From: a bacterium
Lineage (GTDB): Bacteria > Omnitrophota > Gorgyraeia > Zapsychrales > Zapsychraceae
Length of the DNA stretch: 64,000 nucleotides
Reading direction: 5' to 3'
Assembly: GCA_030429765.1 (NCBI GenBank)
Contig: JAUIER010000002.1
Span: 130,239-194,238, forward strand
The notes beneath the pieces were generated by a model that was given only the letters and a program-made list of their open reading frames with translations, searched no databases and was not told the DNA's origin. Positions within the stretch are counted from its first letter, which is position 1; each line of letters begins with the position of its first letter. Shown in pieces: positions 20,697 to 32,909 of this stretch. Both the position numbers and the translations under genes were made by a program.

Positions 20697-21473
20697 CTAG
20701 GGGCGGGATAATTTAGCATGCATGAGACCCAAGCCCTTGAACACCAAATTCCGATCGATCTGGGTAATTTTGTGCTCAATAAAACGCTGCATCAGCCGGG
20801 TATAACCTCCGGTGACAATGATGTTGGGTTTGCCGCCGATCTGGTCGCTGACCTTCTCAATCAAGCCGTTACACATGGACCCATATCCGTGGAAAATCCC
20901 ACTAAGGATGCTTTGTTCGGTATTTTTCCCGATCAGCCCACGCGGCGTGCGGATCGTTTCGACCTTGGGCAGCATCGCCGTCTTGTTGAACAACGACTCA
21001 ACGGATAATCGAATGCCCGGAACAATCATTCCACCGTCGTATTCCCCTTGGCGATTGACAACATCAAATGTGATTGCGGTACCGAAATCAACAATGATCG
21101 ACGGAAAGCCATAAAGCACTTTCACGGCATACGCGCCTACCAATCGATCCTGTCCAACTTGGGATTTCACCGTATAATTGTTCCGTATCGGTACAATGAG
21201 ATCGCGTCCGATAATTTCAGGTGTGACTTTCAATCGTCGACGAAGGACACGCTTGACCACCCCGGTCTGACCGGGAACCACGCTGCAGATCATGGCATGA
21301 TGGATCGATCCGTATTGCCGGACAAGCTTCAATAGCTCCGAGTTCAATGCCACCTCAAGCTTACGGGATGACAGACTCCCGTCGAGCGTGCGACTGCCCG
21401 AAATCCGTTTTCCACGAATTACCGCCAGTGAAACCGCGGTGTTACCAATATCAACACCCAGCAGGTTTACCAT
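20697..21473 (-). CDS. coaX: Type III pantothenate kinase
   Basis: DIGNT, SVVP, VGQDR, VDFGTAITFD, GGMIVPG, TGG. Confidence 0.95.
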   Translation of the reverse strand: MVNLLGVDIGNTAVSLAVIRGKRISGSRTLDGSLSSRKLEVALNSELLKLVRQYGSIHHAMICSVVPGQTGVVKRVLRRRLKVTPEIIGRDLIVPIRNNYTVKSQVGQDRLVGAYAVKVLYGFPSIIVDFGTAITFDVVNRQGEYDGGMIVPGIRLSVESLFNKTAMLPKVETIRTPRGLIGKNTEQSILSGIFHGYGSMCNGLIEKVSDQIGGKPNIIVTGGYTRLMQRFIEHKITQIDRNLVFKGLGLMHAKLSRP

Positions 21474-23404
21474 CCGCCACCTCCACCGCCGCCGCCACCG
21501 CCGCCGGAGAAGCCGCCGCCACCGGAAAATCCGCCGCCCGAACTTGAACCAGGGGCTACCGACGCTGATGATATCGTACTGCCGAGCGAATCACCCATCC
21601 TGGAACTGAACGATCCGATCCCCCGGTATGAAAAATCCGTCCCTCCGTACCATTCCGGCTGATAGCCCATCTTCTCGAGAATCGCCGAGAATTGTTCCGA
21701 CCACTGATTTTCCACTCCCAACGCCAAGGCATAAGGCAAATACTGTTCAAACAGTTCCGGTGTTTTTTCCGGTGGATTAAGAATATTAAGCCGGTCTTTT
21801 TCGGCCGTGGCCAGAAACATCTTGAATCCATCGATCTGATCCATCAGCTTACGCCCTTTCATCGTCGGGGCCTTGAGCAGAAAATAAAACAGCATATTGA
21901 TGTACACCAGCAGCATGGCGAAGGCAACGATCCCAAAAGGAATAATCCAATGTGCGGCCCCAATGGCCGTAAGCGCGAACCGTTGCAGAAAATATAACCC
22001 GAATATCGAGCCGATGAGAATCCCCACAAACAAGAGCGAATTGCGGGTGATGGCCTGGACAAATAGGGGAACCATCCGTGTGAATATCGATCCGAAAAAT
22101 ACCATCATAAAGATGGCGAGAGGAAAAAAGGCGGTCACTTCTTCTCGCTCAAAAATACCGCTGAAGATAACCGCGACGACCGACAGCACAATTCCAATAA
22201 AAAAGTATCCGCTGTTTTGATGAAAGTACACTTTTTCAAACGTCCGTCCCAGCGTCGATTTAAATTGGCTGATAGCGCTGCTGATCGTCGAGTGATTGGA
22301 ACTCTTGATTTCCAGCCGGCTTCGCGTCCCCATCAGCCGTTTGAAAATTCCTTTCTCCTCGGCCGTGAGCGGTTGACGTTCTGCTGAGGATTTGATCAGT
22401 GTGTATTTGGCCCCCAGAGGACTTTCTTTGGGTAATATCTTGATCCAGCCTTTGACCGCCAAATTGATGACGGCCGTCGAAAAGACCTTTTCGTCGTAAC
22501 CCATATTCTGCACGTATCTCAGCGCTGCCGGTGAAATCCCCTTGGGCGGCTCAAACAACGGAATAATCGTCCCCTTGGGCGGATCCTTCCCAACCATCAT
22601 CCAGACAAAAACATAGTAAATGCACAGGACCAGCAAACCAATCAGCCCGCGCATAATTTCCGGATTATCCTGCATAAAGTAGCGCCATCGCTCAGCGGCC
22701 GTCGGCTCGGCAATGATTCCCTTGGGCCATCCGACGACAATGGTCATCCCCTCACCGGGCTGAAATTTTCGTTTGGACTTAAACCAGATACTCCCGTCAG
22801 TTTCCTGCTGGACGATATAATCCCGATCCTTCTGCCATGTCGCATCCCCATGGGCCCCGCCGTACGCGATCATTTGATGCACTTGATTGGCGGCAGCCTT
22901 GGGCAACACCACACTAGCCGAAAGATCCTCGATAACAAACTCCCACCCCAACCCATTGACGTTCCAATAAAGCTCGTCATGTGTCTCAAAATACCCAAGC
23001 TGACGATTGGTCTCGTAAACAAGCGTGTAGGTGTATTCGCCCGGACTCAGAAAACGGTCGGCATGTCCGATATAGACACGTTGTCCATTACGTTGCTTCT
23101 TCAAGTGATAATCTTCGGACACACCATCTTTAAGGACTTCGATAACCCGAAATCCCACGTTGTATTTATGTCCATGGCGGTCCTGATATCGGGTCGGAAA
23201 GTCTCGATAGATCCCTCGTTTGATTTTCCGCCCTTGGGCCTGGACTTGAATAGTCTCTGTGACGGTCATTGATCCATTTTCATGGACAACGATATCACTA
23301 CTGAACGACAGAATCCGTTCGCTGCCGGCGGCCACAGCCACATTGGCTCCGCCGACAACCCAACATATCGACAACAAAATGAAAATTTGAAACTTCTTAA
23401 ACAT
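21467..23404 (-). CDS. DUF2207-type membrane protein
   Basis: Signal peptide, GIYRDFP, DELYWNV, several TM helices, LPYALALGV, Gly-rich tail ending in W; start reset to MFKK (23404) after the lemA stop. Confidence 0.85.
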   Translation of the reverse strand: MFKKFQIFILLSICWVVGGANVAVAAGSERILSFSSDIVVHENGSMTVTETIQVQAQGRKIKRGIYRDFPTRYQDRHGHKYNVGFRVIEVLKDGVSEDYHLKKQRNGQRVYIGHADRFLSPGEYTYTLVYETNRQLGYFETHDELYWNVNGLGWEFVIEDLSASVVLPKAAANQVHQMIAYGGAHGDATWQKDRDYIVQQETDGSIWFKSKRKFQPGEGMTIVVGWPKGIIAEPTAAERWRYFMQDNPEIMRGLIGLLVLCIYYVFVWMMVGKDPPKGTIIPLFEPPKGISPAALRYVQNMGYDEKVFSTAVINLAVKGWIKILPKESPLGAKYTLIKSSAERQPLTAEEKGIFKRLMGTRSRLEIKSSNHSTISSAISQFKSTLGRTFEKVYFHQNSGYFFIGIVLSVVAVIFSGIFEREEVTAFFPLAIFMMVFFGSIFTRMVPLFVQAITRNSLLFVGILIGSIFGLYFLQRFALTAIGAAHWIIPFGIVAFAMLLVYINMLFYFLLKAPTMKGRKLMDQIDGFKMFLATAEKDRLNILNPPEKTPELFEQYLPYALALGVENQWSEQFSAILEKMGYQPEWYGGTDFSYRGIGSFSSRMGDSLGSTISSASVAPGSSSGGGFSGGGGFSGGGGGGGGGGGW

Positions 23405-23414
23405 AGCCCTTCTC

Positions 23415-23956
23415 TTAACTGAATTTGACATCCGGCGCGTCCCGCTCACTGCTTAATTGAACCTTGAAAAAGGCCTCCTTCTTGAAACCAAATATACCGG
23501 CCAGGATATTATTCGGAAACGATTCAACGGCCGTATTGTAGTTTCGAACCGTCCCGTTGTAGTAACGCCGAGCCAGCTGTAATTGATCTTCGATCTGCGT
23601 CAGATCCTCCTGAAGGCTAAGAAAATTCTTGTCGGCCTTGAGCTCAGGATAGGCCTCGGCCAGCACGAAAATATTTCGTAACGAAGCCGATAACTCACTC
23701 TCACTTTGCTGCATCTGATCATGAAAGTTCTGACCCGACAATTTCGAACGCAACTCCGTTACCCGTTCAAACAATTCCTTCTCGTGGGAACTGTACCCCT
23801 TGACCGTTTGGACGATATTCGGCACCAGATCATGCCGCCGCTTAAGCTGGACATCAATCCCGCTGAACCCCTCCTTAACCAACAAACGCAGACGGACAAG
23901 TTTGTTATACATGGCCGCCACAAGCACGATGATGACAACGACAACAATTAAAAACT

Positions 23957-23960
<4 letters not shown>
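23415..23960 (-). CDS. lemA: LemA family protein
   Basis: N-terminal TM, IDVQLKRRHDLVPN, EAYPELKA, ARRYYNG..RNYN. Confidence 0.93.
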
Positions 23961-26002
<2,042 letters not shown>

Positions 26003-26021
26003 CGGGTTTTACGTACAATTG

Positions 26022-26050
26022 AAAAGGGTGAGCCGTATATGGCCCACCCT
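26022..26050 (-). terminator. Probable Rho-independent terminator or hairpin upstream of uvrB
   Basis: Minus strand AGGGTGGGCC-loop-GGCTCACCCT followed by TTT. Confidence 0.55.
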
Positions 26051-26073
26051 ACTCAATCAATGATCAACCGATT

Positions 26074-26526
26074 TTAACGTAGATTCTTTTCAATATCATT
26101 CAGAATATTCTTGGCGGCCAATGGATGTTTGAAATTATTGAACGTCTTGAATCCGATTGAATTAACCGTTAAGTATCTGACTTCAACCTCCGTTGAATTT
26201 GGCTGGGCCAGTGTTCTCAGATAAATGTTAACACGCGCATACCGTGTCCCCAGAAACATCGGAATCGCCTTCACTCCCGTGAAGATCAATATTTCCTGAC
26301 CATCTTCTGTGAGAATCGTACTGTGTTCGTACACATTCGGATCGGTTGTATCCACAATTTCCCAGCCGCCACCTTGCAGGGCAGACTTGGTGGCCTGCAA
26401 CGTCTGGTCAAATGACGCATACATTGTCTGTTTATGCGGACGGGTATCCGGAATGTATTTTGGAATGTTGACGGTGGAGCATCCGCACAGCATAATGACT
26501 ACAATTAAGCCCAGCGCTTTTTTCAT
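26074..26526 (-). CDS. Hypothetical lipoprotein
   Basis: MKK, hydrophobic stretch, LCGC lipobox. Confidence 0.7.
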   Translation of the reverse strand: MKKALGLIVVIMLCGCSTVNIPKYIPDTRPHKQTMYASFDQTLQATKSALQGGGWEIVDTTDPNVYEHSTILTEDGQEILIFTGVKAIPMFLGTRYARVNIYLRTLAQPNSTEVEVRYLTVNSIGFKTFNNFKHPLAAKNILNDIEKNLR

Positions 26527-26551
26527 GATCCCTCTTTTTTTGGAAACAATC

Positions 26552-26866
26552 CTAACAAATCTTACCGTGCTTGTACGGACGGCCTTTGTTCTTGATACAC
26601 TTCTGCGCGATTTCCTCTTCGATATCGATTTTTAACCCGCCGCAGAGATCAAACAAGCGGATATAGGCATCTGCAATTTCTTCACGGAAATTGTCATGAT
26701 CCTGTTTGCGGTATCCCTCCATCGCTTCAGCCAGTTCTGTTACGACCAGCATCAAGGCCTCGCCGATATTTCGCTCCTCATCCCAAAACCCTTTCTCTTT
26801 GGCAATGCCGTGACAAATATCGCAATATTCGCTAAGTGTTTTTCCTTTGAGTTCAGTTGCTTGCAC
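26552..26866 (-). CDS. MazG-like nucleotide pyrophosphohydrolase
   Basis: ELAEAME...REEIAD motif; likely GTG start at 26866 behind GGAGG. Confidence 0.8.
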   Translation of the reverse strand: MQATELKGKTLSEYCDICHGIAKEKGFWDEERNIGEALMLVVTELAEAMEGYRKQDHDNFREEIADAYIRLFDLCGGLKIDIEEEIAQKCIKNKGRPYKHGKIC

Positions 26867-27557
26867 AGAAGACCTCCATATCGTTTGGTAGGTTAGACTT
26901 GACGCTGATTGTTTTGTGATCCGCAGGGTTCTTCCACCGAAGATTCGCGGCATGCAATGCTGTCCGCTTAAACTTGAGCGGATAATTTTTAGCAATCGAA
27001 AATTTTCTATCGCCCAACAACGGGTGCCCCATCCGGCTGAACTGGATCCGGATCTGATTGGTCCGCCCGGTAATCGGCCGAACTTCGACGATGGTAAATT
27101 GCTTTTTTCGCTGAATGACCCGATACGTGGAATGGGCGAACTTCCCCTTGTCTGATGTCCTATATTTTACCCGATCCGGACCGGGAATGAAACCGCGAAT
27201 TTCGCCTTTTTGGTTTTTGACATTACCCTGAACGAACGCCAGATATGTCTTATTGATCTGATGACGCTTGAATAAATCCATCATCATCTGTTGATTCTTT
27301 TTACCTTTGGCAAATAAAATACATCCGCTGGTATCCCGATCCAAACGGTGACAGGGATGTAAGCGGCCAAATTTGGCCCCCTGGGCATATTGGGCATTGA
27401 CCTCCGAAACAAGTGTAACAGCCTCGTTTTTAGGAGACGGAATGACAATTAAGCCCGCCGGCTTATCAAAAACCATGATCTGCTCGTTTTCGAAGAGAAC
27501 GGGAATAATACGATTTTTCTGACTTGGTTTGGATTCTGGAGACATGGGGTTAACCAT
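26853..27557 (-). CDS. RluA-family pseudouridine synthase
   Basis: DKPAGL, HRLDRDTSG, TGRTNQIR, LHA. Confidence 0.93.
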   Translation of the reverse strand: MVNPMSPESKPSQKNRIIPVLFENEQIMVFDKPAGLIVIPSPKNEAVTLVSEVNAQYAQGAKFGRLHPCHRLDRDTSGCILFAKGKKNQQMMMDLFKRHQINKTYLAFVQGNVKNQKGEIRGFIPGPDRVKYRTSDKGKFAHSTYRVIQRKKQFTIVEVRPITGRTNQIRIQFSRMGHPLLGDRKFSIAKNYPLKFKRTALHAANLRWKNPADHKTISVKSNLPNDMEVFCASN

Positions 27558-27653
27558 GAAAAACGATGATCGCCTTTGATGGGACGGCGAACTTTAAAAT
27601 TCGAGGACAATGGGACACGCTGCAGTCGACCCTTTCGACGCGACAACGAGAAA

Positions 27654-28025
27654 CTATTCGTCGGTTTCCATATAAGAGCTTACATAGTCGGCAATGCTTT
27701 CCGCATCTCGCTGAGATATGTCATTGAAGAAAATCGCCACATAATGACTTTCGGTATCGCCGATTTGCTCCGCCCGAACGACAACACCCTCCGCGACAAC
27801 TTGCCTGGAAACATCCTTACCATTCTTCCGTATGGGAAGTAATAGATTCAGCTTTAACTTGGTCATCGGCTCGATGTAACGGTCCACTTTACAGTACAAA
27901 CCGGATCGGCTGATATTGCCTGTCTCCGTGACCATATCTCCCTCATCCCGGGAGATACGGATTGGAATGTTGTTACTGAGTCGTGGATCTCGACGACGAT
28001 CTTGTGATGAATTTTGATCGGTCAA
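27654..28025 (-). CDS. PilZ domain protein
   Basis: RRRDPR and NISRSG (RxxxR, D/NxSxxG). Confidence 0.85.
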   Translation of the reverse strand: MTDQNSSQDRRRDPRLSNNIPIRISRDEGDMVTETGNISRSGLYCKVDRYIEPMTKLKLNLLLPIRKNGKDVSRQVVAEGVVVRAEQIGDTESHYVAIFFNDISQRDAESIADYVSSYMETDE

Positions 28026-28064
28026 ACAGCACCTCGAATTTACAACAAAAACTACTCAAAAAAT

Positions 28065-28235
28065 TTAAGCAGCGGCGTTTTCTTCCGCGGCAGCCTTCAT
28101 CTTTTCTTCAAATGCCTTGAACGCGTTCTTGTTGACGAAATATCTTCCGTTTCGATAATAGCGTTTTTTTCGCTTTAATTGAGTTCCTGTCTGTGCGCAC
28201 TTTTTACTGATATCTTCTTTTGCTTCTTCAGCCAT
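28065..28235 (-). CDS. Small basic hypothetical protein (56 aa), below the ORF-track cutoff
   Basis: MAEEAKEDISKKCAQTGTQLKRKKRYYRNGRYFVNKNAFKAFEEKMKAAAEENAAA; AAGGAG RBS; fills the gap between two same-strand genes. Confidence 0.7.
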   Translation of the reverse strand: MAEEAKEDISKKCAQTGTQLKRKKRYYRNGRYFVNKNAFKAFEEKMKAAAEENAAA

Positions 28236-28278
28236 ACCGTTACTGCTCCTTTCAACTCATAAGTGTAAATAAATTCTC

Positions 28279-28617
28279 TTAGCTGCAGGCAACTAATTGC
28301 TTGATCTGCCTGCGGGCGTCAAATAACAGTTCCGGGTTTGAAAATTCAACCCCAGCCTGATAATTGTCCATAAAGGGTATTTGGGATATCCAGACAATCC
28401 GCCCCATACATTCGATAGTTTGGCCGGATTGAAGGGTGAGATTCAGCACAACCTCGGTGTTCAGAGGCAGAAATTCTGCTAACCGCAACCTTACGCCGGT
28501 CTCGGACAGGTCATATGCCACACATCCCTTAAAATAGGCGGGATCTTTAAGCTCGTACCGAACCGCTTCTCGAAAATTGATTCTGCGTGCTACCCGTTTC
28601 TCATCAATGACGTCCAT
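28279..28617 (-). CDS. PilZ domain protein
   Basis: KRVARR and DLSETG; GRIVW...QAGVEF. Confidence 0.85.
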   Translation of the reverse strand: MDVIDEKRVARRINFREAVRYELKDPAYFKGCVAYDLSETGVRLRLAEFLPLNTEVVLNLTLQSGQTIECMGRIVWISQIPFMDNYQAGVEFSNPELLFDARRQIKQLVACS

Positions 28618-28832
28618 ATCAACCTTTACATCAAATTTAACCCTATTTATTTGAGTGCATTATAGCATAAACCCCTATCGGCACAATGTTTTTTTTGAGC
28701 CGCCCCGCGAGAACAAATTTCCCCAAAAATACTTTAACCCCTTATTCTACAGGCAATTAAGAATACCTAAATCTGCAATAAATTACAAAACGAGGTTTAC
28801 CTCGTTATGGGCACATGATATAATCCGATTGC

Positions 28833-29651
28833 ATGTACAAAGAATTTTACCATCTCAAAGAGAATCCATTTAACATCACAGCCGACCCGGACTTCTATTT
28901 CTCGAGCCAGCAGCACAAAGAGGCCATCACCCATCTGATCTACGGCATCGAGCAACGCAAGGGCATTATCGCGATAACCGGCGAAATCGGCACCGGCAAA
29001 ACCACGCTGTGCCGAACTGTGCTCAGTCAATTGGATGAAACGGTCAGGACCGCCCTGATCCTCAACCCCAGCTTTTCAGATCTTCAGCTTCTGCGCCTGA
29101 TCCTTGAAGATCTCGGCATCGAGACCAACGCGCGGACAAAATATGAGATGGTTGACGCCCTGAATTCTTTTCTGCTTGAGGAAGCCTCTCAGGGAAATAA
29201 TGTGGTCTTGATCATTGATGAGGCCCAGAACCTCAAGGTCAATCAACTGGAGCAAGTTCGCCTGCTATCCAATCTTGAGACCGAAAAAGAAAAATTGCTG
29301 CAGATTGTTCTCGTCGGTCAACCGGAACTTGTGGACAAGCTCAAGCTCAATGAATTACGTCAGTTGAACCAACGCATTGCCGTTCGGTTTCATATCGGCT
29401 CGCTGACTCGGGAGGAAATCAAAGAGTACATCCGTCACCGTCTGAAGGTTGCCCAGGATTCCGAATTTACACGATATGCCGTGCATTTTACCGAGGAAGC
29501 CGTCGAAGCCATTTTCAATATATCCAAAGGCACACCCCGCATGGTCAATATCCTGTGTGACCGGGCGTTACTTGCCGGATACGCGGCCGAAACGTTTACG
29601 ATCGACGAAAATATAATACATAAATGTTCAAGGGAGGTCGGACAAAAATGA
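28833..29651 (+). CDS. ExeA/GspA-like AAA ATPase (no peptidoglycan-binding tail)
   Basis: MYKEFYHLKENPF, GEIGTGKT, IIDEAQNL, LVGQPEL, GTPRMVNILCDRALL. Confidence 0.9.
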   Translation: MYKEFYHLKENPFNITADPDFYFSSQQHKEAITHLIYGIEQRKGIIAITGEIGTGKTTLCRTVLSQLDETVRTALILNPSFSDLQLLRLILEDLGIETNARTKYEMVDALNSFLLEEASQGNNVVLIIDEAQNLKVNQLEQVRLLSNLETEKEKLLQIVLVGQPELVDKLKLNELRQLNQRIAVRFHIGSLTREEIKEYIRHRLKVAQDSEFTRYAVHFTEEAVEAIFNISKGTPRMVNILCDRALLAGYAAETFTIDENIIHKCSREVGQK

Positions 29652-30247
29652 GCATTATCAATGATGCACTCAAACGGGCTCAAAAAAACATGGCCAAGAA
29701 GGATACCAAGAAACAACCGGAAAAAAAGCCCAAGACCGAAAAGACCGATCCTCCATCAACTATAAAGCAAGCCGCCAGCGCCGCGAAGGGCCCTGTGTAC
29801 CCTACGCCTATTTCACAACAACCCAAAACACCTCCCCCGCCGGCTAAAAAACCGGCCCCTGAAAAACCCAAGGCCAAAGCCAAGAAGAAAAAGAAGAAAG
29901 AAAAAATGTGGTATCAGACAATTTCTGTCATTGTGGCCATATTCTTTCTGATTACCGGCATTCTGATCGCCACCCTCTATTTCCTCAAACAACGATCTTC
30001 TGAAGACGATGGCGACCGCCGAAGCTATCAACCTAAGCGCCTCCAACGCACGTATAAACCGGGCGAGCTCAATCTGAGCGGAACATCACTGATTGAAAAC
30101 CGCCGGGTTGCACTGATTAACGGGGATATCTACGAAGAAGGGGATGTCGTCGACGGGAACAAGATCATCAGTATTGAATTGAAGAAGGTCGCACTGCAGG
30201 ATCCAGATGGGAAAGTGATTATGCTGCGGGTGAAAAAAGCCGATTAG
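29648..30247 (+). CDS. GspB/ExeB-like bitopic membrane protein
   Basis: MSIINDALKRA start typical of GspB, Pro/Lys linker, one TM helix, LSG...ALING..YEEGD.VDG C-terminal domain. Confidence 0.7.
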   Translation: MSIINDALKRAQKNMAKKDTKKQPEKKPKTEKTDPPSTIKQAASAAKGPVYPTPISQQPKTPPPPAKKPAPEKPKAKAKKKKKKEKMWYQTISVIVAIFFLITGILIATLYFLKQRSSEDDGDRRSYQPKRLQRTYKPGELNLSGTSLIENRRVALINGDIYEEGDVVDGNKIISIELKKVALQDPDGKVIMLRVKKAD

Positions 30248-31332
30248 GCCATATATTTCTTGATCGCAGCGCGGATGATCTTCATATCGACGCCTTCCAC
30301 CACGGTGACGCGACCGATCCCACGGCAAAGAACAAAGCGATTCTTACCTGAAATAAATTTTTTATCATGACGCATCAGTTTGAGAATCGTCGCTATTTCT
30401 AGATTCTCAAATTTCTCCGGTAATCCTACATCCGAGATCAGCCGATTCATCCGTCTCAGTTTGGCCTCGGTCACCATACCATATTTATAGGAAATTTCGC
30501 CGGCAATCCGCATGCCGACAGCAATCGCCTGACCATGATCGTACTGAGTAAAATTCCCCGCGGCCTCAATGGCGTGCCCGACCGTGTGACCATAGTTGAG
30601 AATCGTTCGAATCCCCAGCGTTTCACGTTCGTCAGCCAGTACGACACGCGTCTTGATCTCGCTGCAGCGCTTGACCACATGCATCAACGCCGTCTTCTCG
30701 CCTTCAAAAATACGATTATAATTGGTCTCAATGTAGGTAAACAACTCGGCATCCTCGATGATACCGTACTTAATCGCTTCGGCAAAACCGTTCTGAATCT
30801 GTCGACGGCTTAAAGTTTTAAGTACCGCCGTATCCGAAAACACCATCTTGGGCTGATGAAAAGCGCCCATTAAATTTTTTCCCACCGTCAAATCCACCGC
30901 CACTTTCCCGCCAATCGAAGAATCAATCTGTGCGAGAAATGTTGTCGGAACCTGAACATACGGGATTCCCCGTTTGTAAGCGGCTGCCACGTATCCGGCT
31001 AAGTCACCGATCACGCCTCCGCCAAAGGCGATAACAAACACCTTTTTGTACACATCGTATTGCGCAATTTTCTCGATTAAGTCAATGGCGACAGTGGCCG
31101 ACTTGCTTTGTTCTCCATCAGGCACGACCATTTCCTTGACGGTAATTCCACTGGCTTTCAAACTCGTTCGCAGCTTTGCCCCATGAAGCTTTTTGATCAC
31201 TGGAGACGTGATAATGACAGCGTCCGTCCCAATCTTCAGCGACTTGATGCGACGACCAATTTCATTGAAACAGTCATAACCGATCAGGATATCGTATGGA
31301 TTCTGGGTAAGTTTGACCTGGATTCGTTTCAT
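30244..31332 (-). CDS. aroB: 3-dehydroquinate synthase
   Basis: GGGVIGDLAG, PTTFLAQIDSSIGGK, LNYGHTVGHAIE; start reset to MKRIQV. Confidence 0.96.
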   Translation of the reverse strand: MKRIQVKLTQNPYDILIGYDCFNEIGRRIKSLKIGTDAVIITSPVIKKLHGAKLRTSLKASGITVKEMVVPDGEQSKSATVAIDLIEKIAQYDVYKKVFVIAFGGGVIGDLAGYVAAAYKRGIPYVQVPTTFLAQIDSSIGGKVAVDLTVGKNLMGAFHQPKMVFSDTAVLKTLSRRQIQNGFAEAIKYGIIEDAELFTYIETNYNRIFEGEKTALMHVVKRCSEIKTRVVLADERETLGIRTILNYGHTVGHAIEAAGNFTQYDHGQAIAVGMRIAGEISYKYGMVTEAKLRRMNRLISDVGLPEKFENLEIATILKLMRHDKKFISGKNRFVLCRGIGRVTVVEGVDMKIIRAAIKKYMA

Positions 31333-31952
31333 ATGTTCTGTACTCCCATCCACTGACTGGCCGCAATGATCAGTGGCCATACAATTTTTTGAATCAATCC
31401 CAACGGCAACAACGCGAATACAATGAGAATACCGAAGGGTTCAATCTGACTATACTTTGCCGACCATTTGTTGGGTAACAACCCCATCACCAGCCGAGAA
31501 CCATCCAACGGCGGGATCGGGATCATATTAAAAATAGCCAACACCATGTTGACAACAATCACACACTCACACAGCATGACCATCGTACTGTTTAAATCCA
31601 GCCGCAGAAGTTGACTGAATATCAAAGCCACAATCACATTAATGGCCGGGCCGGCCATGCCCACGTAGATAATCCCCCGCTTGGGATTCCGCAGCCGGCT
31701 AAAGTTAACCGGTACGGGTTTGGCCAGGGCAATTGGATACAAAGGGCTGCCCAGCGTGCGCAGAAAGACCAAAAAAGCCGGAAGAATTACTGAACCGAAC
31801 AAATCCAAATGCTTCAATGGATTAAGCGTAAGACGCCCCATAGACTTGGCGGTGGGATCTCCCAGCCGATTAGCCATCCAGGCATGGGCATATTCATGAA
31901 TCACAAAAGATATCAACAGTGTGGGGATAATATAGAAAAGTTGTTCGTCCAT
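31329..31952 (-). CDS. Site-2 protease (M50) family protein
   Basis: HEYAH, AGPAIN, NMIPIPPLDG. Confidence 0.92.
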   Translation of the reverse strand: MDEQLFYIIPTLLISFVIHEYAHAWMANRLGDPTAKSMGRLTLNPLKHLDLFGSVILPAFLVFLRTLGSPLYPIALAKPVPVNFSRLRNPKRGIIYVGMAGPAINVIVALIFSQLLRLDLNSTMVMLCECVIVVNMVLAIFNMIPIPPLDGSRLVMGLLPNKWSAKYSQIEPFGILIVFALLPLGLIQKIVWPLIIAASQWMGVQNI

Positions 31953-31970
31953 AACCGGTCCAAGAATAAA

Positions 31971-32909
31971 TTACAAGACGAGTTGAATACGCTGCACGAC
32001 AACAACAGGCAACGAACCGGAAAGTTCCTGATCCTTGATATAGCCTTCGATCTTGACCCGGTAATTGAGAAACGGAACGAGCAGTTGACTGAAACCATCA
32101 AGGTAGAAAGTACCGGCACCGTCTTCAACGAGCATATACTGATACCCTTCGCCCGATGGATTCTCCGTCAATACTCCAAAAAATTCAGTTTGGGGCGCGA
32201 CTATTTCTTCCACTTGCGGTTCGATTGGCGCCTCAAACGCTGGATCTAGTTCGACAACCTCAGAGATATACTGCTCGTTAATCTCGCCAACGATCTCGGT
32301 TGACGGTTCGACAAACAATTCGTCATTGACCGCTGCGATTTCGACAGGTGCGGGGATAAATCCGCTGACGTCACTGGACACGAATTTTAAAAACTCTTCA
32401 GCCACCCATCCGTACGAATCATCCAAGGGCTGGATTTGATACCATTCGTCGTCGACGTGCTTGACAATATTAAGTCTGTCACCCTTGTTGACTTGTCCCA
32501 AAACCGAGAAATTGGTTCCCGCACCGGCCCTTACATTCACGCGCTTGGCCGTCACCTCACCGTAAATGGAACTAATCAGATTGACATATTCAGATGTGAT
32601 AAAACTTTTGGCGTGCTTGGGCAGGCGGATTTTGTACCAGCTGTAGCTTTTATCAACGACAACCACCTGTTCATCCAGTTTGAGCTGACCCAGCTTTTCA
32701 AAACCGGTGCTCTGGCCGGCGCGAATATTGATATCCGCTTCATTACATTGAGCGACAAAAGGAAAGAATTCCTGCTGTCCCCATACGCTTGACGGGTTCA
32801 TCGCGCAGACTACTCCGACGATGATCATCCAGGCGATGGTTGTTGTTTGGCGGACGAATATTTGGGTGGGAACAAAAAGAAAATTCAAACGACTATTTCT
32901 TCTTTTCAT
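31971..32909 (-). CDS. Exported protein with tandem bacterial SH3 domains
   Basis: INIRAGQS...WYKI and VNVRAGAG...WYQI...GWV; true start uncertain. Confidence 0.8.
   Translation of the reverse strand: MKRRNSRLNFLFVPTQIFVRQTTTIAWMIIVGVVCAMNPSSVWGQQEFFPFVAQCNEADINIRAGQSTGFEKLGQLKLDEQVVVVDKSYSWYKIRLPKHAKSFITSEYVNLISSIYGEVTAKRVNVRAGAGTNFSVLGQVNKGDRLNIVKHVDDEWYQIQPLDDSYGWVAEEFLKFVSSDVSGFIPAPVEIAAVNDELFVEPSTEIVGEINEQYISEVVELDPAFEAPIEPQVEEIVAPQTEFFGVLTENPSGEGYQYMLVEDGAGTFYLDGFSQLLVPFLNYRVKIEGYIKDQELSGSLPVVVVQRIQLVL

Noticed and set aside
21470-21545. GCC/CCG-rich tandem repeat
   Set aside because: Encodes the normal Gly-rich tail of the DUF2207-type protein
26867-26995. Long N-terminal extensions of ORF-track calls (MazG-like here; also aroB, pcm, lipB, rpsE, DUF2207)
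   Set aside because: They overlap upstream genes or terminators; better downstream starts exist
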